Below the pieces are notes generated by a model. The model saw only the letters and a program-made list of their open reading frames with translations, was not told the DNA's origin and made no database searches. A DNA stretch of 64,000 nt from Deltaproteobacteria bacterium (lineage in GTDB: Bacteria > Myxococcota > Kuafuiibacteriia > Kuafuiibacteriales > Kuafuiibacteriaceae): NCBI GenBank assembly GCA_040218735.1, contig JAVJQW010000046.1, forward strand, positions 192,001 to 256,000, written 5' to 3'. This document shows, in pieces, positions 8,923 through 19,212 of the stretch (position 1 is the first letter of the stretch; every line of letters starts with the position of its first letter). The position numbers and the translations under genes were made by a program.

Positions 8923-10005
8923 ATGGCGGAACGTTCGCTCGTCGAGACCATCGGTGCCCTCGAGCCCGCCGCGCTGGGGCGCGTGATCCACCACGTCGGG
9001 TTGGAGGACTCCGCGGCGCTGGTCGCCCTGACCAGCCGCGAACAGCTCGAGGGGCTCTTCGACGACGACCTGTGGCCCGAGGACGTCTTCGCCCCCGACC
9101 GGTTCGCGCTGTGGCTCGAGCTGATGCTGGAGGCCGGCGACGCCTGGGCGGCGGACCGCCTCGCCGGACTCCCGGACGACCTCGTGCAAATGGCCTTCCA
9201 CCGCCTCGTCATCGTGCTGCGGCTCGAAGAGCTCGTCCTCACCTCCAACGCGCGCGACCGCGCCCACGCGGAGCGCATCGAGGCCGCCCTCGACAGCTGC
9301 CCGAGCGAGGAGCTCGGCGACTACGTCATCGTCGCGCGGCAGCCCGACGGCTGGGACGCCATCTTCGGCGCTCTGGTCGCGCTCCACGACCACGAACACG
9401 ACGCGCTCGTTCGCCTCCTCGAAGCGTGCGCCGAGCTCGCGCTCGACGAGGTCGACGAAGTCGGGGGCCTCTACGAGATGCTGACGGCCGCCGCCTCCGC
9501 CGCCGAGGACGCGCTCGACGGGCGCGACACACGTCGCCGCCGCCGAGGTTTCGTCGCCGCGGAGGACGCACGGAACTTCTTCACGGCGCTGTCCCGCGCA
9601 ACCCTCGACGAGGTCGTCGCGACGCCGGGCGACGGGCTCTTCCGCGCGTACCGCCGACAGCTCGACGAAACACCGGCGCTCGACGAGGCGGCGCTGTTGT
9701 CGATGCTGCGGGACGCGGGGGTGAAGGTGCCCGATGCGCCGCGTCGCCTCCCGGGGCCGCCGACGGCGTTCGAGCGGGCGATGGCCGCGCTCGCCGAGTC
9801 CGATCCGGAGGGCTTCGAAGAGGCCAACGAAGCGCTCGCGTTCCTAGGCAACCTCGCGCTCGCCGCGCGCTCCGAGCTCGGCGCGGCGGAGGCCGCGCGC
9901 GACGTGGTGGTGAAGATCGAACGCGGGATGCAGCACCTCGCCGTCGATCGATTCGACGACCGCGGGCTCGTCCACCTCTTCCGCGTCGGTTGGAAGCTCG
10001 GCTAA
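8923..10005 (+). CDS. Conserved hypothetical protein (DUF6178-like)
   Basis: 'HHVGLEDSAALVALTSREQLEGLFDDDLW' resembles DUF6178 proteins from recall; typical codon bias. Confidence 0.6.
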   Translation: MAERSLVETIGALEPAALGRVIHHVGLEDSAALVALTSREQLEGLFDDDLWPEDVFAPDRFALWLELMLEAGDAWAADRLAGLPDDLVQMAFHRLVIVLRLEELVLTSNARDRAHAERIEAALDSCPSEELGDYVIVARQPDGWDAIFGALVALHDHEHDALVRLLEACAELALDEVDEVGGLYEMLTAAASAAEDALDGRDTRRRRRGFVAAEDARNFFTALSRATLDEVVATPGDGLFRAYRRQLDETPALDEAALLSMLRDAGVKVPDAPRRLPGPPTAFERAMAALAESDPEGFEEANEALAFLGNLALAARSELGAAEAARDVVVKIERGMQHLAVDRFDDRGLVHLFRVGWKLG

Positions 10006-11054
10006 CGCAAGAAGGCCGCGACGCGCGCGGCGAGGTCCCGCCGCAGGTCGCTCCTGAACAGCGAGTAGTCGTAGATGTGCAGGTCGTCGCCGCGCACCGA
10101 GACCTCGTCGTCGTAGATGTCGACCTCCAGCAGCCCGCGCTCCGTGCATCGGGTGCTCAGCGCGGATCGGTGCACGGGCGCGCCGTCGCCTTCGGAGCTC
10201 AGCCGCGCCGCGCCGCCGTGCGCGGAACGTTCGCTCCACGCAGTGCCGACCGCGCCCGTTACCGGGTTCGTGCAGGTGAGCGTCGGCATCGCGAACGTCG
10301 TCGGGCCGGACGGCGTCCAGGCGCGGACCTGGTCGAACCGCGACGGCGCTTCGTTGGCCTTCACCGAGTTGTAGACGATCCAGCACCCGGCCTCGTCCCG
10401 GTCGCTGCACGGCGAGAGCCCCGGCAAGGCGTCGGCGACGACGTCCGTCGGGACCAGCGCACCGACGACGTACCCCGCGACGAGACGATCGCGCAGGTCA
10501 CCGTGTGCGAAGCGCTCCGAGAGCAGCCGGTACGCGTGCTGCGCGCCCTGGCTGTGGCCCGCGATGACGATCGGGCGCCCGTCGCCCCACGCCGCGAGGT
10601 AGTGCTCGAAGGCCGCGAGCACGTCGCCGTAGGCGAGGTCGAGCGCGGCGTCGCGGCTGTCCTGATCGTCGCCGAGGTACGAACCGAGCGTCGCCTGACG
10701 GTAGCGCGGCGCGAACACGCGCGCGTGTCCGTTGAAGACACTCGCCTGGTTGGGGAGCACGTTGTCGTCGGTGCGTTCGTTCGTGCTTTCGTCGTCGATC
10801 GGCTGGTTCCACGACTTGCCGGAGAAGTAGGTCGTCGGGTGGATGAAGAAGACGTCCACCGTCGCCTCGGCCTGACCGTCCGTCTCACCGGCGGCCCCGA
10901 GGTCGGCGTTGTCGTCGCGCCACGGCAGCGCGGCCCAGGCCGCCTCGTCCGTGTAGGTGGGGGCGGGCGGCGGCGTCGACTCCGAGAACGGCGTGCGCGG
11001 GATCAGGCAGCCGGTGAGGGCGAGGGACGCGAACAGGGTCGAAGCGACGCGCAT
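10002..11054 (-). CDS. DUF3089 family alpha/beta-hydrolase lipoprotein
   Basis: Lipobox LALTGC; 'DVFFIHPTT', 'APRYRQ', nucleophile GHSQG, 'LHIYDY'. Confidence 0.88.
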   Translation of the reverse strand: MRVASTLFASLALTGCLIPRTPFSESTPPPAPTYTDEAAWAALPWRDDNADLGAAGETDGQAEATVDVFFIHPTTYFSGKSWNQPIDDESTNERTDDNVLPNQASVFNGHARVFAPRYRQATLGSYLGDDQDSRDAALDLAYGDVLAAFEHYLAAWGDGRPIVIAGHSQGAQHAYRLLSERFAHGDLRDRLVAGYVVGALVPTDVVADALPGLSPCSDRDEAGCWIVYNSVKANEAPSRFDQVRAWTPSGPTTFAMPTLTCTNPVTGAVGTAWSERSAHGGAARLSSEGDGAPVHRSALSTRCTERGLLEVDIYDDEVSVRGDDLHIYDYSLFRSDLRRDLAARVAAFLR

Positions 11055-11103
11055 ACTTGGATAGACCGGACGGCCCCACCGTAGCGGTCATCCGTGATCG
11101 CGG

Positions 11104-11499
11104 CTACGCCTCGACCATGATGCAGTCACCGACGACGGGGTGCGCGAAGCGCTCCGCGGCCTGCGCCGCCGCGCGATCGAACGATCCCGGCTGCAGCCAC
11201 ACCACCTCGAACGCGTCGGCGTCGAGCCCCTCCAGGATGGCGCGCGTCACGTCGGGCGGCACCACGAAGTCGACGATGTGGATCGGTCCCGGCGCGGCCT
11301 GCACGGTCGGGTAGGCGGTTCGCCCGGCGACCGCGGCCTCGGTCGGGTGGATCGGCACCACGTCGAACCCCTTGCGGGCGAGGTTCAACAGGATCTTGTG
11401 GCCGAACTTTCGCGGGTCGTTGGAGGCGCCGACGATCGCGACGCGGACGTCCCCCGGTTCGCGGTCGAGCAACGCGCGAACGTGGGCGTCGACGGGCAA
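11104..11499 (-). CDS. CoA-binding protein (YccU-like)
   Basis: 'VAIVGAS...PIHP...VWLQPG...CIMVE'. Confidence 0.88.
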   Translation of the reverse strand: MPVDAHVRALLDREPGDVRVAIVGASNDPRKFGHKILLNLARKGFDVVPIHPTEAAVAGRTAYPTVQAAPGPIHIVDFVVPPDVTRAILEGLDADAFEVVWLQPGSFDRAAAQAAERFAHPVVGDCIMVEA

Positions 11500-11501
11500 G
11501 T

Positions 11502-12056
11502 CTACTCGCGGTTCTCGAGCGCGATGCGGAGGCGCTCGAGCTCGGTGCGGATCGTCCCGTCCAGGACGAACGATCCGACCTCGGCGCGGATCCCGCCGAT
11601 GAGGGCCGGGTCCACGGTCACGTTCATCTCGATCTTCTTGCCGGTCCGCTTCTCGAGCGCGCGGCGCAGCTGATCGATCGACCCCTCCGACATCTCGATG
11701 GCGGAGGTCACGTACGCCTGCTCACGACCGGCGCGCTCGTCGGCGAGCTCGTTCACGGTCTTCGCGATCTCGCGGATCTCACGGATGCGATCCTTCTCGG
11801 CGAGGAGGCGGAGGCACCGCTGCGTGAGGTCCGACAGACCGGCGCTGTTCATGACCTGCTCGAGCGCCTTGCTGCGCTCCTCGACGGTCACGGCGGGGTT
11901 CATCAGCAGGTCCGCCAGCTCCGGGACCTCGTCCAGGGCGGCGGCGAGCCCGTTGAGCTCGTCCTTGAGGCTGATCAGGGTGTCGTCGCCCTTGGCGGCG
12001 GCCGACTCCACGAAGGCTTCTGCGTAGCGGCGGGCGGCCGCGCTGGCGAGTGACAT
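11502..12056 (-). CDS. atpH: F1F0 ATP synthase subunit delta
   Basis: 'AARRYAEA', 'VDPALIGGI...DGTI'. Confidence 0.95.
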   Translation of the reverse strand: MSLASAAARRYAEAFVESAAAKGDDTLISLKDELNGLAAALDEVPELADLLMNPAVTVEERSKALEQVMNSAGLSDLTQRCLRLLAEKDRIREIREIAKTVNELADERAGREQAYVTSAIEMSEGSIDQLRRALEKRTGKKIEMNVTVDPALIGGIRAEVGSFVLDGTIRTELERLRIALENRE

Positions 12057-12069
12057 CTCTTCGGACTCC

Positions 12070-12618
12070 TCAGCTCGGCTGCTTCTCGAGCTCGGTGATG
12101 TACTGGTCGGTGAGGCGCCGGCGGTCGGCGTCCGTGATGCGCTCCTTCACGAGCTGCTCGGCGGCTTCCATCGTCGCCTTCACGGCCTCGCCTCGGATGA
12201 AGTTCTCGACCTTCCGGATCTCCTGGTTGATCGTGAACTCGCTCTCGCGCTGCATCCGCACGATCGCCTTCTCCGTCTCGTCCTTCATCCGCTCGGCGTC
12301 CGCCTTCGCCTCGGCCTCGTAGGCCTCGACGATGCGCTCGACCTCGTCTTCGAGGTTCTCGAGCTTCTTGGCGTACTCCTCGAGGCGCTTCTCGGCCTCG
12401 GCCTGCTTCTGCTTCGCCTCTTCGAGCTGCTTGGCCATGTTGGCGCGGCGGTTCGACAGGCCCTCCCGGACGACCGGGCGGAGCTTCACGGCGAGGAAGC
12501 CGAAGAAGAGGACGGCGTTCGTGATGATGGAGGCGATGACGAACCAGTCCATCTCGCCGTGGCCACCGCCACCGGCGGCGGCGAGGGTGTTCAGGAGGAT
12601 GAGGCCGTTGGGGTTCAC
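12070..12618 (-). CDS. atpF: F0 ATP synthase subunit b
   Basis: N-terminal TM plus long coiled coil, adjacent to atpH. Confidence 0.9.
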   Translation of the reverse strand: MNPNGLILLNTLAAAGGGGHGEMDWFVIASIITNAVLFFGFLAVKLRPVVREGLSNRRANMAKQLEEAKQKQAEAEKRLEEYAKKLENLEDEVERIVEAYEAEAKADAERMKDETEKAIVRMQRESEFTINQEIRKVENFIRGEAVKATMEAAEQLVKERITDADRRRLTDQYITELEKQPS

Positions 12619-12619
12619 G

Positions 12620-13048
12620 TCAGACGTTCCTTCCGAGGAGCTTGCTCGCGGTCAGCTCCGCGATCTTCTCCGCTTCGACGATGATGTCGGCGTGCGCTTC
12701 GCGGCGCTTCTTCTCGATCTCGCCGAGGGCGGACTCCAGCTTGCCCGCCAGGACCTTCTTCTCCTCGTCGATCCGGGCGTCCATCTCGGCGCGCGCGGAG
12801 GCGCGGATCTCGTTGCGCTTTTCGATCCCGCGGGCGGTCGCGACCTTGATCTTCTCGTTGAAGGTCTCGGCGCGCTCTTCGGCCTGGGCGAGCATACCCT
12901 CGGCCCGGACGACGGCCCCTTCCAGACGCTCGTGACGCTCCTCGAACAGCTTCAGGAACGGCTTGAAGAGGATCGCGTTCAGGAAGACCAGAGGGATCAA
13001 GAACAGAACCAAAACGAGGATATACGTGACGTTGAGGTCCAGCGACAT
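12620..13048 (-). CDS. F0 ATP synthase subunit b'
   Basis: 'LNAILFKPFLKLFEER', ends 'ASKLLGR'; ATG at 13048. Confidence 0.9.
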   Translation of the reverse strand: MSLDLNVTYILVLVLFLIPLVFLNAILFKPFLKLFEERHERLEGAVVRAEGMLAQAEERAETFNEKIKVATARGIEKRNEIRASARAEMDARIDEEKKVLAGKLESALGEIEKKRREAHADIIVEAEKIAELTASKLLGRNV

Positions 13049-13057
13049 CGCGTCGGT

Positions 13058-13086
13058 CCGATAACGACCTCCGCCAAGCGAGTCAA
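13058..13086 (-). promoter_or_regulatory. Putative sigma70 promoter of atpF'FH
   Basis: TTGACT-N17-TATCGG, 9 nt before the ATG. Confidence 0.5.
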
Positions 13087-13148
13087 TCGAAGAGTGTTGG
13101 CAGACTTGGTAGCTCCCGGGGGCCTTCGGGTGGTATTCGTCCAGGACC

Positions 13149-13799
13149 GTGGTCCGCCGCAAACGCGAACCGCTGACCGAGGGGGACCTCGCGAAGCACA
13201 TGGTGAGCATCCGCCGGTATTTGGCCGGCATGCTGCGCCCCGACGAGCTCGAGGACGCCACCCAGATCGTCCTCACGCGCGCGCTGGAGAACCTCTCGAA
13301 GTTCCGCGGCGATAGCTCGCCCCGCGTCTGGATCCTCGGGATCGCGCGCAACGTCGGCTTCGAGGTCGCGCGCGCACGGCAGAAGGAGATCGCCCGGACC
13401 TGGCCGCGCACCGCGAAGGTCCAGGACGGCGACGACCTCACCACCGGTGATCTCCTCGCCGCCGACGGCCCGACCCAAGAGGAGACACTCGGTCGCAAGG
13501 AGCAGCAGGCGCTCGCGCTCGCCGCGCTCGACGGGATGAGCCTCGACGACAAACTCGCGCTCCTCGTCACGTACGTGGATGGCCTCCCGGGTCCGGAAGC
13601 CGCGGAGCTGCTCGGGGTTTCGTTCGCGGCCTTCCGTCAGCGCCTCTCGCGAGCCCGCCAGGCGCTCGCCGTGCGGCTGGACGACCTCACCCGACGCGGC
13701 GCGCCCGGATCCGCCGAAGTGATGGACCAGTGGAAGTCGCTCCTCGATCCGACCGGTGCGGCCGAATCGCTTGACCCCGAGCCCGAAAACACCGGATAG
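13149..13799 (+). CDS. ECF sigma factor (no adjacent anti-sigma)
   Basis: 'EDATQIVL...FRGDSSPRVWILGIARN'; region 4 'EAAELLGVS...RQRLSRAR'. Confidence 0.85.
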   Translation: MVRRKREPLTEGDLAKHMVSIRRYLAGMLRPDELEDATQIVLTRALENLSKFRGDSSPRVWILGIARNVGFEVARARQKEIARTWPRTAKVQDGDDLTTGDLLAADGPTQEETLGRKEQQALALAALDGMSLDDKLALLVTYVDGLPGPEAAELLGVSFAAFRQRLSRARQALAVRLDDLTRRGAPGSAEVMDQWKSLLDPTGAAESLDPEPENTG

Positions 13800-13812
13800 C
13801 TCGGGTCGCGAA

Positions 13813-15102
<1,290 letters not shown>

Positions 15103-15126
15103 CGCGCCTCCACACTCGCTCAACAT

Positions 15127-15179
15127 CTCCCCGCTACTTCTGAAGACGGCCCGATGCACGGGCCGCCTGGAAGGGGGAG
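15127..15179 (+). promoter_or_regulatory. Extended stem-loop after gltA that pairs the downstream RBS
   Basis: CTCCCC/GGGGAG, CTTC/GAAG and CGGCCCG/CGGGCCG arms; the 3' arm is the SD of the TTG-start gene at 15186. Confidence 0.5.
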
Positions 15180-15185
15180 CCTCAT

Positions 15186-15473
15186 TTGAAGCCACGAAAT
15201 CTGCTGTTCGCCGCGCTGCTCGTCAGCGCGTGCGCCGGCGCCGAACCGTCCGACGTCCGCGACGGCGGAGCGCCATCACCATCGCTCGACGGTTCGGCGG
15301 ACCGTGACGGAGTCACGCCGTCATCGGCGAAAACCGTCGTCTTCACACCCATCGCCGCCGGGCAGGCGAGCGGCGGCGCCCACCGCGTCCGGCTCAGCGT
15401 CGGCGCCGTCGCCGTGCGCGGCACCTCGTCCACGATTCGACTCCGCTACGTCCTCGGGAGGGACCACCGATGA
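15186..15473 (+). CDS. Small hypothetical lipoprotein
   Basis: SD GGGGGAG, TTG start, lipobox LVSAC, ATGA overlap with the next gene. Confidence 0.6.
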   Translation: MKPRNLLFAALLVSACAGAEPSDVRDGGAPSPSLDGSADRDGVTPSSAKTVVFTPIAAGQASGGAHRVRLSVGAVAVRGTSSTIRLRYVLGRDHR

Positions 15474-16897
15474 AACGACTGATCACGCTCACCACGCTCT
15501 CCATCCTCGCGTTGTCGACACGGGCCGCCGACGCGCAGGTCCCGGCGCTGCTCCCCGTGCAGGGGCAGCTCACCGACGCGGACGACGCGCCGCTCACTGG
15601 CGACGTCGAGGTCCAATTCGGCCTGTACGACGTCGCGACCGGCGGCGCGCCGTTCTTCTCGACGACCCGAACGCTCACGCTCGCCGACGGCACGTTCGCG
15701 GTGAACCTGGGGAGCGAGGACACGCTCGACTTCGCCGCGTTCCCGGCGTCGGGCGAGGTGTACGTGGGGCTGACGGTGGGCGGCGACGACGAGCTGTCGC
15801 CGCGGGTGCGCGTCGGGACGGTCCCGTACGCGGCGCGCGCCGCGCGCTGCGGCGAGGCGACGACGCTCCAGGGCGCGGCGGCGGACGACTTCGCGACGTT
15901 CGACCACGCCCACGACTACGCGGATCTGACCGGGGTCCCCGCGACGTTCCCGCCGAGCGCGCATGGGCACGCCTGGAGTGAGCTCACCGACGTCCCGGCC
16001 GAGCTCGCGGACGGAGACGACGACACGCTGGGGCAGCTCACCTGCGCCGACGGGCAGAAGCCGGCCTTCACGGGCGGCGGATGGGGGTGCGCGGACGATG
16101 TCGACCCGGTCACGGCGATCGCGACCGCCGACGCGTACGTGCGCAACACGGGCGACGCGATCAGCGGCGACCTGAGGATCAACGGGTCGCCGAACAACGG
16201 AACGCAAGCGGCGTTGACGCTCGAGAACGGTGGATCGGGGATCATGCGCCTCGACGCCAACGACATCGACGTCGCCGCCGCCGAGCTGCGGCTCAACCGC
16301 ATCTCGACGAACACGGTGTCCACCTACGGCACGCTGCGTGCGCGCGGCGATCTGCAGGCCGACGGCGAGGCGACGTTCAGCGCGAACGCGGTGTTCGAGG
16401 GCGACGTGTTGATGACCGGGCCGGTGCGGGTTCGTTCGCCGCTCGTCGTCGCGTCGGGGCGTCCGAGTCGGGGTGAGATCGACCGCCCCGCGGCGCACAT
16501 CATCTACAACGAGGGCCCGACGACCGGTGCAGCCTCGGCGTTGCCCTTCGCGGCGGCGGTGCGGGCGCCCTACTGCGAGGAGTTCAGCGGGTGCACGGTG
16601 GTGCTCATCGAGGGCGGTCACAACGCGACGCAACCTGGCTTGCGCCGCTCCTCCGGCGTCCACCACCTGATGATCGATCCCGTGTCGCAGGTCTGGGTGC
16701 TCGACGGCGGCGGCGGGGGGCGGCAGGGCGCCTACGGCGGCGGGCAGGCCCGTACGGAGATTCTGTCGGTCGGCCGCTGTGCGTTCGCGGCGAATCAAGG
16801 CCTGGCCAACGGGAACACGCTCGACTTCGCCGTGACGAAGGAGATCGCGGACGGCGCGGGCATCAACCGCGTGTGCACCTTGGTGGTGCGGGACTAG
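15470..16897 (+). CDS. Secreted protein with phage tail-fibre-like repeats
   Basis: Signal peptide; 'QGQLTDA...PL.G' N-domain; 'HAHDYADLTGVPATFPPSAHGHAWSELTDVP'. Confidence 0.75.
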   Translation: MKRLITLTTLSILALSTRAADAQVPALLPVQGQLTDADDAPLTGDVEVQFGLYDVATGGAPFFSTTRTLTLADGTFAVNLGSEDTLDFAAFPASGEVYVGLTVGGDDELSPRVRVGTVPYAARAARCGEATTLQGAAADDFATFDHAHDYADLTGVPATFPPSAHGHAWSELTDVPAELADGDDDTLGQLTCADGQKPAFTGGGWGCADDVDPVTAIATADAYVRNTGDAISGDLRINGSPNNGTQAALTLENGGSGIMRLDANDIDVAAAELRLNRISTNTVSTYGTLRARGDLQADGEATFSANAVFEGDVLMTGPVRVRSPLVVASGRPSRGEIDRPAAHIIYNEGPTTGAASALPFAAAVRAPYCEEFSGCTVVLIEGGHNATQPGLRRSSGVHHLMIDPVSQVWVLDGGGGGRQGAYGGGQARTEILSVGRCAFAANQGLANGNTLDFAVTKEIADGAGINRVCTLVVRD

Positions 16898-16946
16898 ATT
16901 CGAGAGCGTTGCTCAGCGGCGCCGGACTCGGTATCCCGCCTGCGAG

Positions 16947-18047
16947 ATGTGGCCGTTCGGGAAGAAGAAGAAGAAGCCGACGTCGAAAGTCACGCAGAAC
17001 GCCGACGGGTCGAAGACGTTCGAGATGAGCTTCGAGCTCACCGGCGATCCGCGGCCGGTGGAGAACGCGGTGGTCGAGGCCTTCGACGCCGCGTTGGGTG
17101 GGCTCGGCGGTGAGGTCATGCACGCGATCGATCCGTCGCGTCTGGTGTCCTTCCAGGACGGCGGCCCGCCGGTGTGGAGCGTCGGCTTCGTCGACGTCGG
17201 GGGCGACCGCCCGCATCGGCACCTGCTGACCTACGGCTTCAGTCACGCGCTCTCGCCGGAGCCGCTCCGCGAGGGGATCCGCCACGAGTACTCGCTCGCG
17301 GTCTCGGCCAATACCCCGCCGAACCCGTGGGCCGACGCGCTGCTGAGGCACATCGCGCGCTACGTGCTGAAGAGCGGGAAGGACCTCCAGGTCGGCGACG
17401 TGCTGCCGTGTTACGCGCCGATCACGTACATCCCGTTCCAGCCCCAGGACCACGCGGCGATGCCGGACTCCCCGCTCGTCGCGCTCCTGGTCGCGCCAGA
17501 TCCCGTGTTCGAGTCGATCGAGACCCCCCACGGTGCGGTCGAAGTGCGGCGGCTGATCGGCGTGCACGCCGACGAGTACCGGCGGATCGAGACGTGGTCG
17601 GCGGGGGCCTTCGCAGAGGAGCTCGCGAAGCACGACCCGATGCTGCTCACCGACTCGACGCGCGCGAGCCTGATGGACGATCCGAACGCGCGTGAAGTCA
17701 TCGACCGACGCGCGCGCGAAGAAGGGTCGTCGAACCCGGTGATCGTCGCCGACATGTACTGGGAGGACACCGGAAGCGAGCTCCAGATCGAGTTCCCGGG
17801 GGGCGCCGAAGCGGAGAAGCTCCTCGCGGCGCTGCACGGTCGACTCGACTTCGGTCAGCCGCTGCTCGTCGCGATGCGGACGTCACCGCCGATCACGTTC
17901 ACGCCGGCGGACACGTTCGACATCAACTGGTCGCCCGACGGCTTGCACATCGACGGGCGCCTCGACGACCCGAACCTCGCGCGCATCGTGAGCTTCATTC
18001 GCCCCGACGCGCCCGGGAGCGTGGTGAAGCTCCCGCTGAAGAAGTAA
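16947..18047 (+). CDS. Suppressor-of-fused (SuFu) domain protein
   Basis: 'HLLTYGFS', 'W...LRHIARYV..SG', 'IETPHGAV...LIGV..DE', 'LLTD..R.S'. Confidence 0.85.
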   Translation: MWPFGKKKKKPTSKVTQNADGSKTFEMSFELTGDPRPVENAVVEAFDAALGGLGGEVMHAIDPSRLVSFQDGGPPVWSVGFVDVGGDRPHRHLLTYGFSHALSPEPLREGIRHEYSLAVSANTPPNPWADALLRHIARYVLKSGKDLQVGDVLPCYAPITYIPFQPQDHAAMPDSPLVALLVAPDPVFESIETPHGAVEVRRLIGVHADEYRRIETWSAGAFAEELAKHDPMLLTDSTRASLMDDPNAREVIDRRAREEGSSNPVIVADMYWEDTGSELQIEFPGGAEAEKLLAALHGRLDFGQPLLVAMRTSPPITFTPADTFDINWSPDGLHIDGRLDDPNLARIVSFIRPDAPGSVVKLPLKK

Positions 18048-18048
18048 C

Positions 18049-19104
18049 TCAGCCGCCGAGCCCGGCGAGGTGCGTCGGGTAGTCGTCCACGGCGATGGTC
18101 TTCGCGCCCTCGCCGTCGCACGCCTCGCCGGCGTGTTTGCCGATGATGAACGTGTTCGCTTCGTCGACGCCGGCCATACGGTACGCGCAGATGTCGGTGC
18201 TCGCGTTGCCGTAGGCGAAGTCGACGTCGAGGCCCGCGCGCTCGAGATCGAGGATCGTGTTGGCCTTGAAGTCGTCGACGTACGTCGGGAGCGCGTCGGT
18301 CACGTCCTGTACGTGGAAGAGCGGGCCGACGGGGAAGTCGCGGGTCTCGAGCCAGCGGCGGGAGATCGGCTGGAACAGGTACGGGCGGCCGGTGACGAAG
18401 ACCGGGAGGTAGCCGAGCTCGGCGTAGTGGCGGACGACGTCGTCGGCGCCTTCGTACATGTCGGCGTTTTCGTCGAGCACCTGCTCGAGGCCCCACATCC
18501 ACTGTTCCTTCGACAGCGGGGAGCCCGCGAGGTCGATCAACGTCTCGGAGGTGTTGCCGACGGTGTGCAGCACGATGCCGTCGACCGCTTCGAGGTCGTC
18601 GGTGGTGAGGGTGCCGTCGATGTCGAACACCACGGCCGGTTGGCTCGCGGGGATCGCGTACACCCACGCGGTGACCTCGGACGCGTCGCCGGCGACGGAC
18701 CATCGAACCTCGTAGCGGCCTTCGCGGTCGAGCTGCGCGCCGTCGATCGCGATCGTCGCGCGACCGTCGTCGTTCGTCACGGCGGCGCCGACGTCGAACC
18801 AGTCGCAGTCCCCTTCGAAGCGCGCCGCGGCACGGACCGTCTCGCTCTGGAGGTCCTTGCTCGTCGGGCCGTAGGCGAACTTGGCTTCCACCTCGGCGCG
18901 GCTCCCGGACCGCACGACGACGTCGTCGGCGGCGTGCACGGGCCCGCCGAGCGCGACGACCAGTCGGCTGCCGCTCTTGTCCCAGCGGCCGTCCTCGAAC
19001 TCGGGCTCGCCGCAGATCTGCGTGGTGGCCGAGGGCGCGGGTTCGAGGGCGGAGCCGCCGCAGGCGGCGGCGAGGAGGGTCACGGACGAAACGAGTCGCT
19101 TCAT
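18049..19104 (-). CDS. LNS2/PITP-like HAD phosphatase lipoprotein
   Basis: Lipobox LAAAC; 'KFAYGP', 'VVFDIDGTLT', 'VTGRP', 'AYGNASTD..AY'. Confidence 0.82.
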   Translation of the reverse strand: MKRLVSSVTLLAAACGGSALEPAPSATTQICGEPEFEDGRWDKSGSRLVVALGGPVHAADDVVVRSGSRAEVEAKFAYGPTSKDLQSETVRAAARFEGDCDWFDVGAAVTNDDGRATIAIDGAQLDREGRYEVRWSVAGDASEVTAWVYAIPASQPAVVFDIDGTLTTDDLEAVDGIVLHTVGNTSETLIDLAGSPLSKEQWMWGLEQVLDENADMYEGADDVVRHYAELGYLPVFVTGRPYLFQPISRRWLETRDFPVGPLFHVQDVTDALPTYVDDFKANTILDLERAGLDVDFAYGNASTDICAYRMAGVDEANTFIIGKHAGEACDGEGAKTIAVDDYPTHLAGLGG

Positions 19105-19212
19105 TGGCGGCGCGTCATCGCAGGACACGTGCCAGCGTTTCGGGCACGCCGATGGCGTCGCGGTGTTGGCGCGCTCACGTCGAGGTGTCGCGCGTTCACC
19201 ACAAACGTGTGG

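Noticed and set aside
8691-11084. Long alternative-frame and antisense ORFs (e.g. 8691..11084, 25569..27863, 39105..41969, 44955..46769, 57702..59732)
   Set aside because: Arg/Ala/Pro-rich shadow ORFs expected at high GC; each overlaps a gene with clear family motifs.
15470-16897. Prophage remnant
   Set aside because: The protein has a signal peptide and host-like codon usage, and no other phage genes, integrase or att sites are visible.
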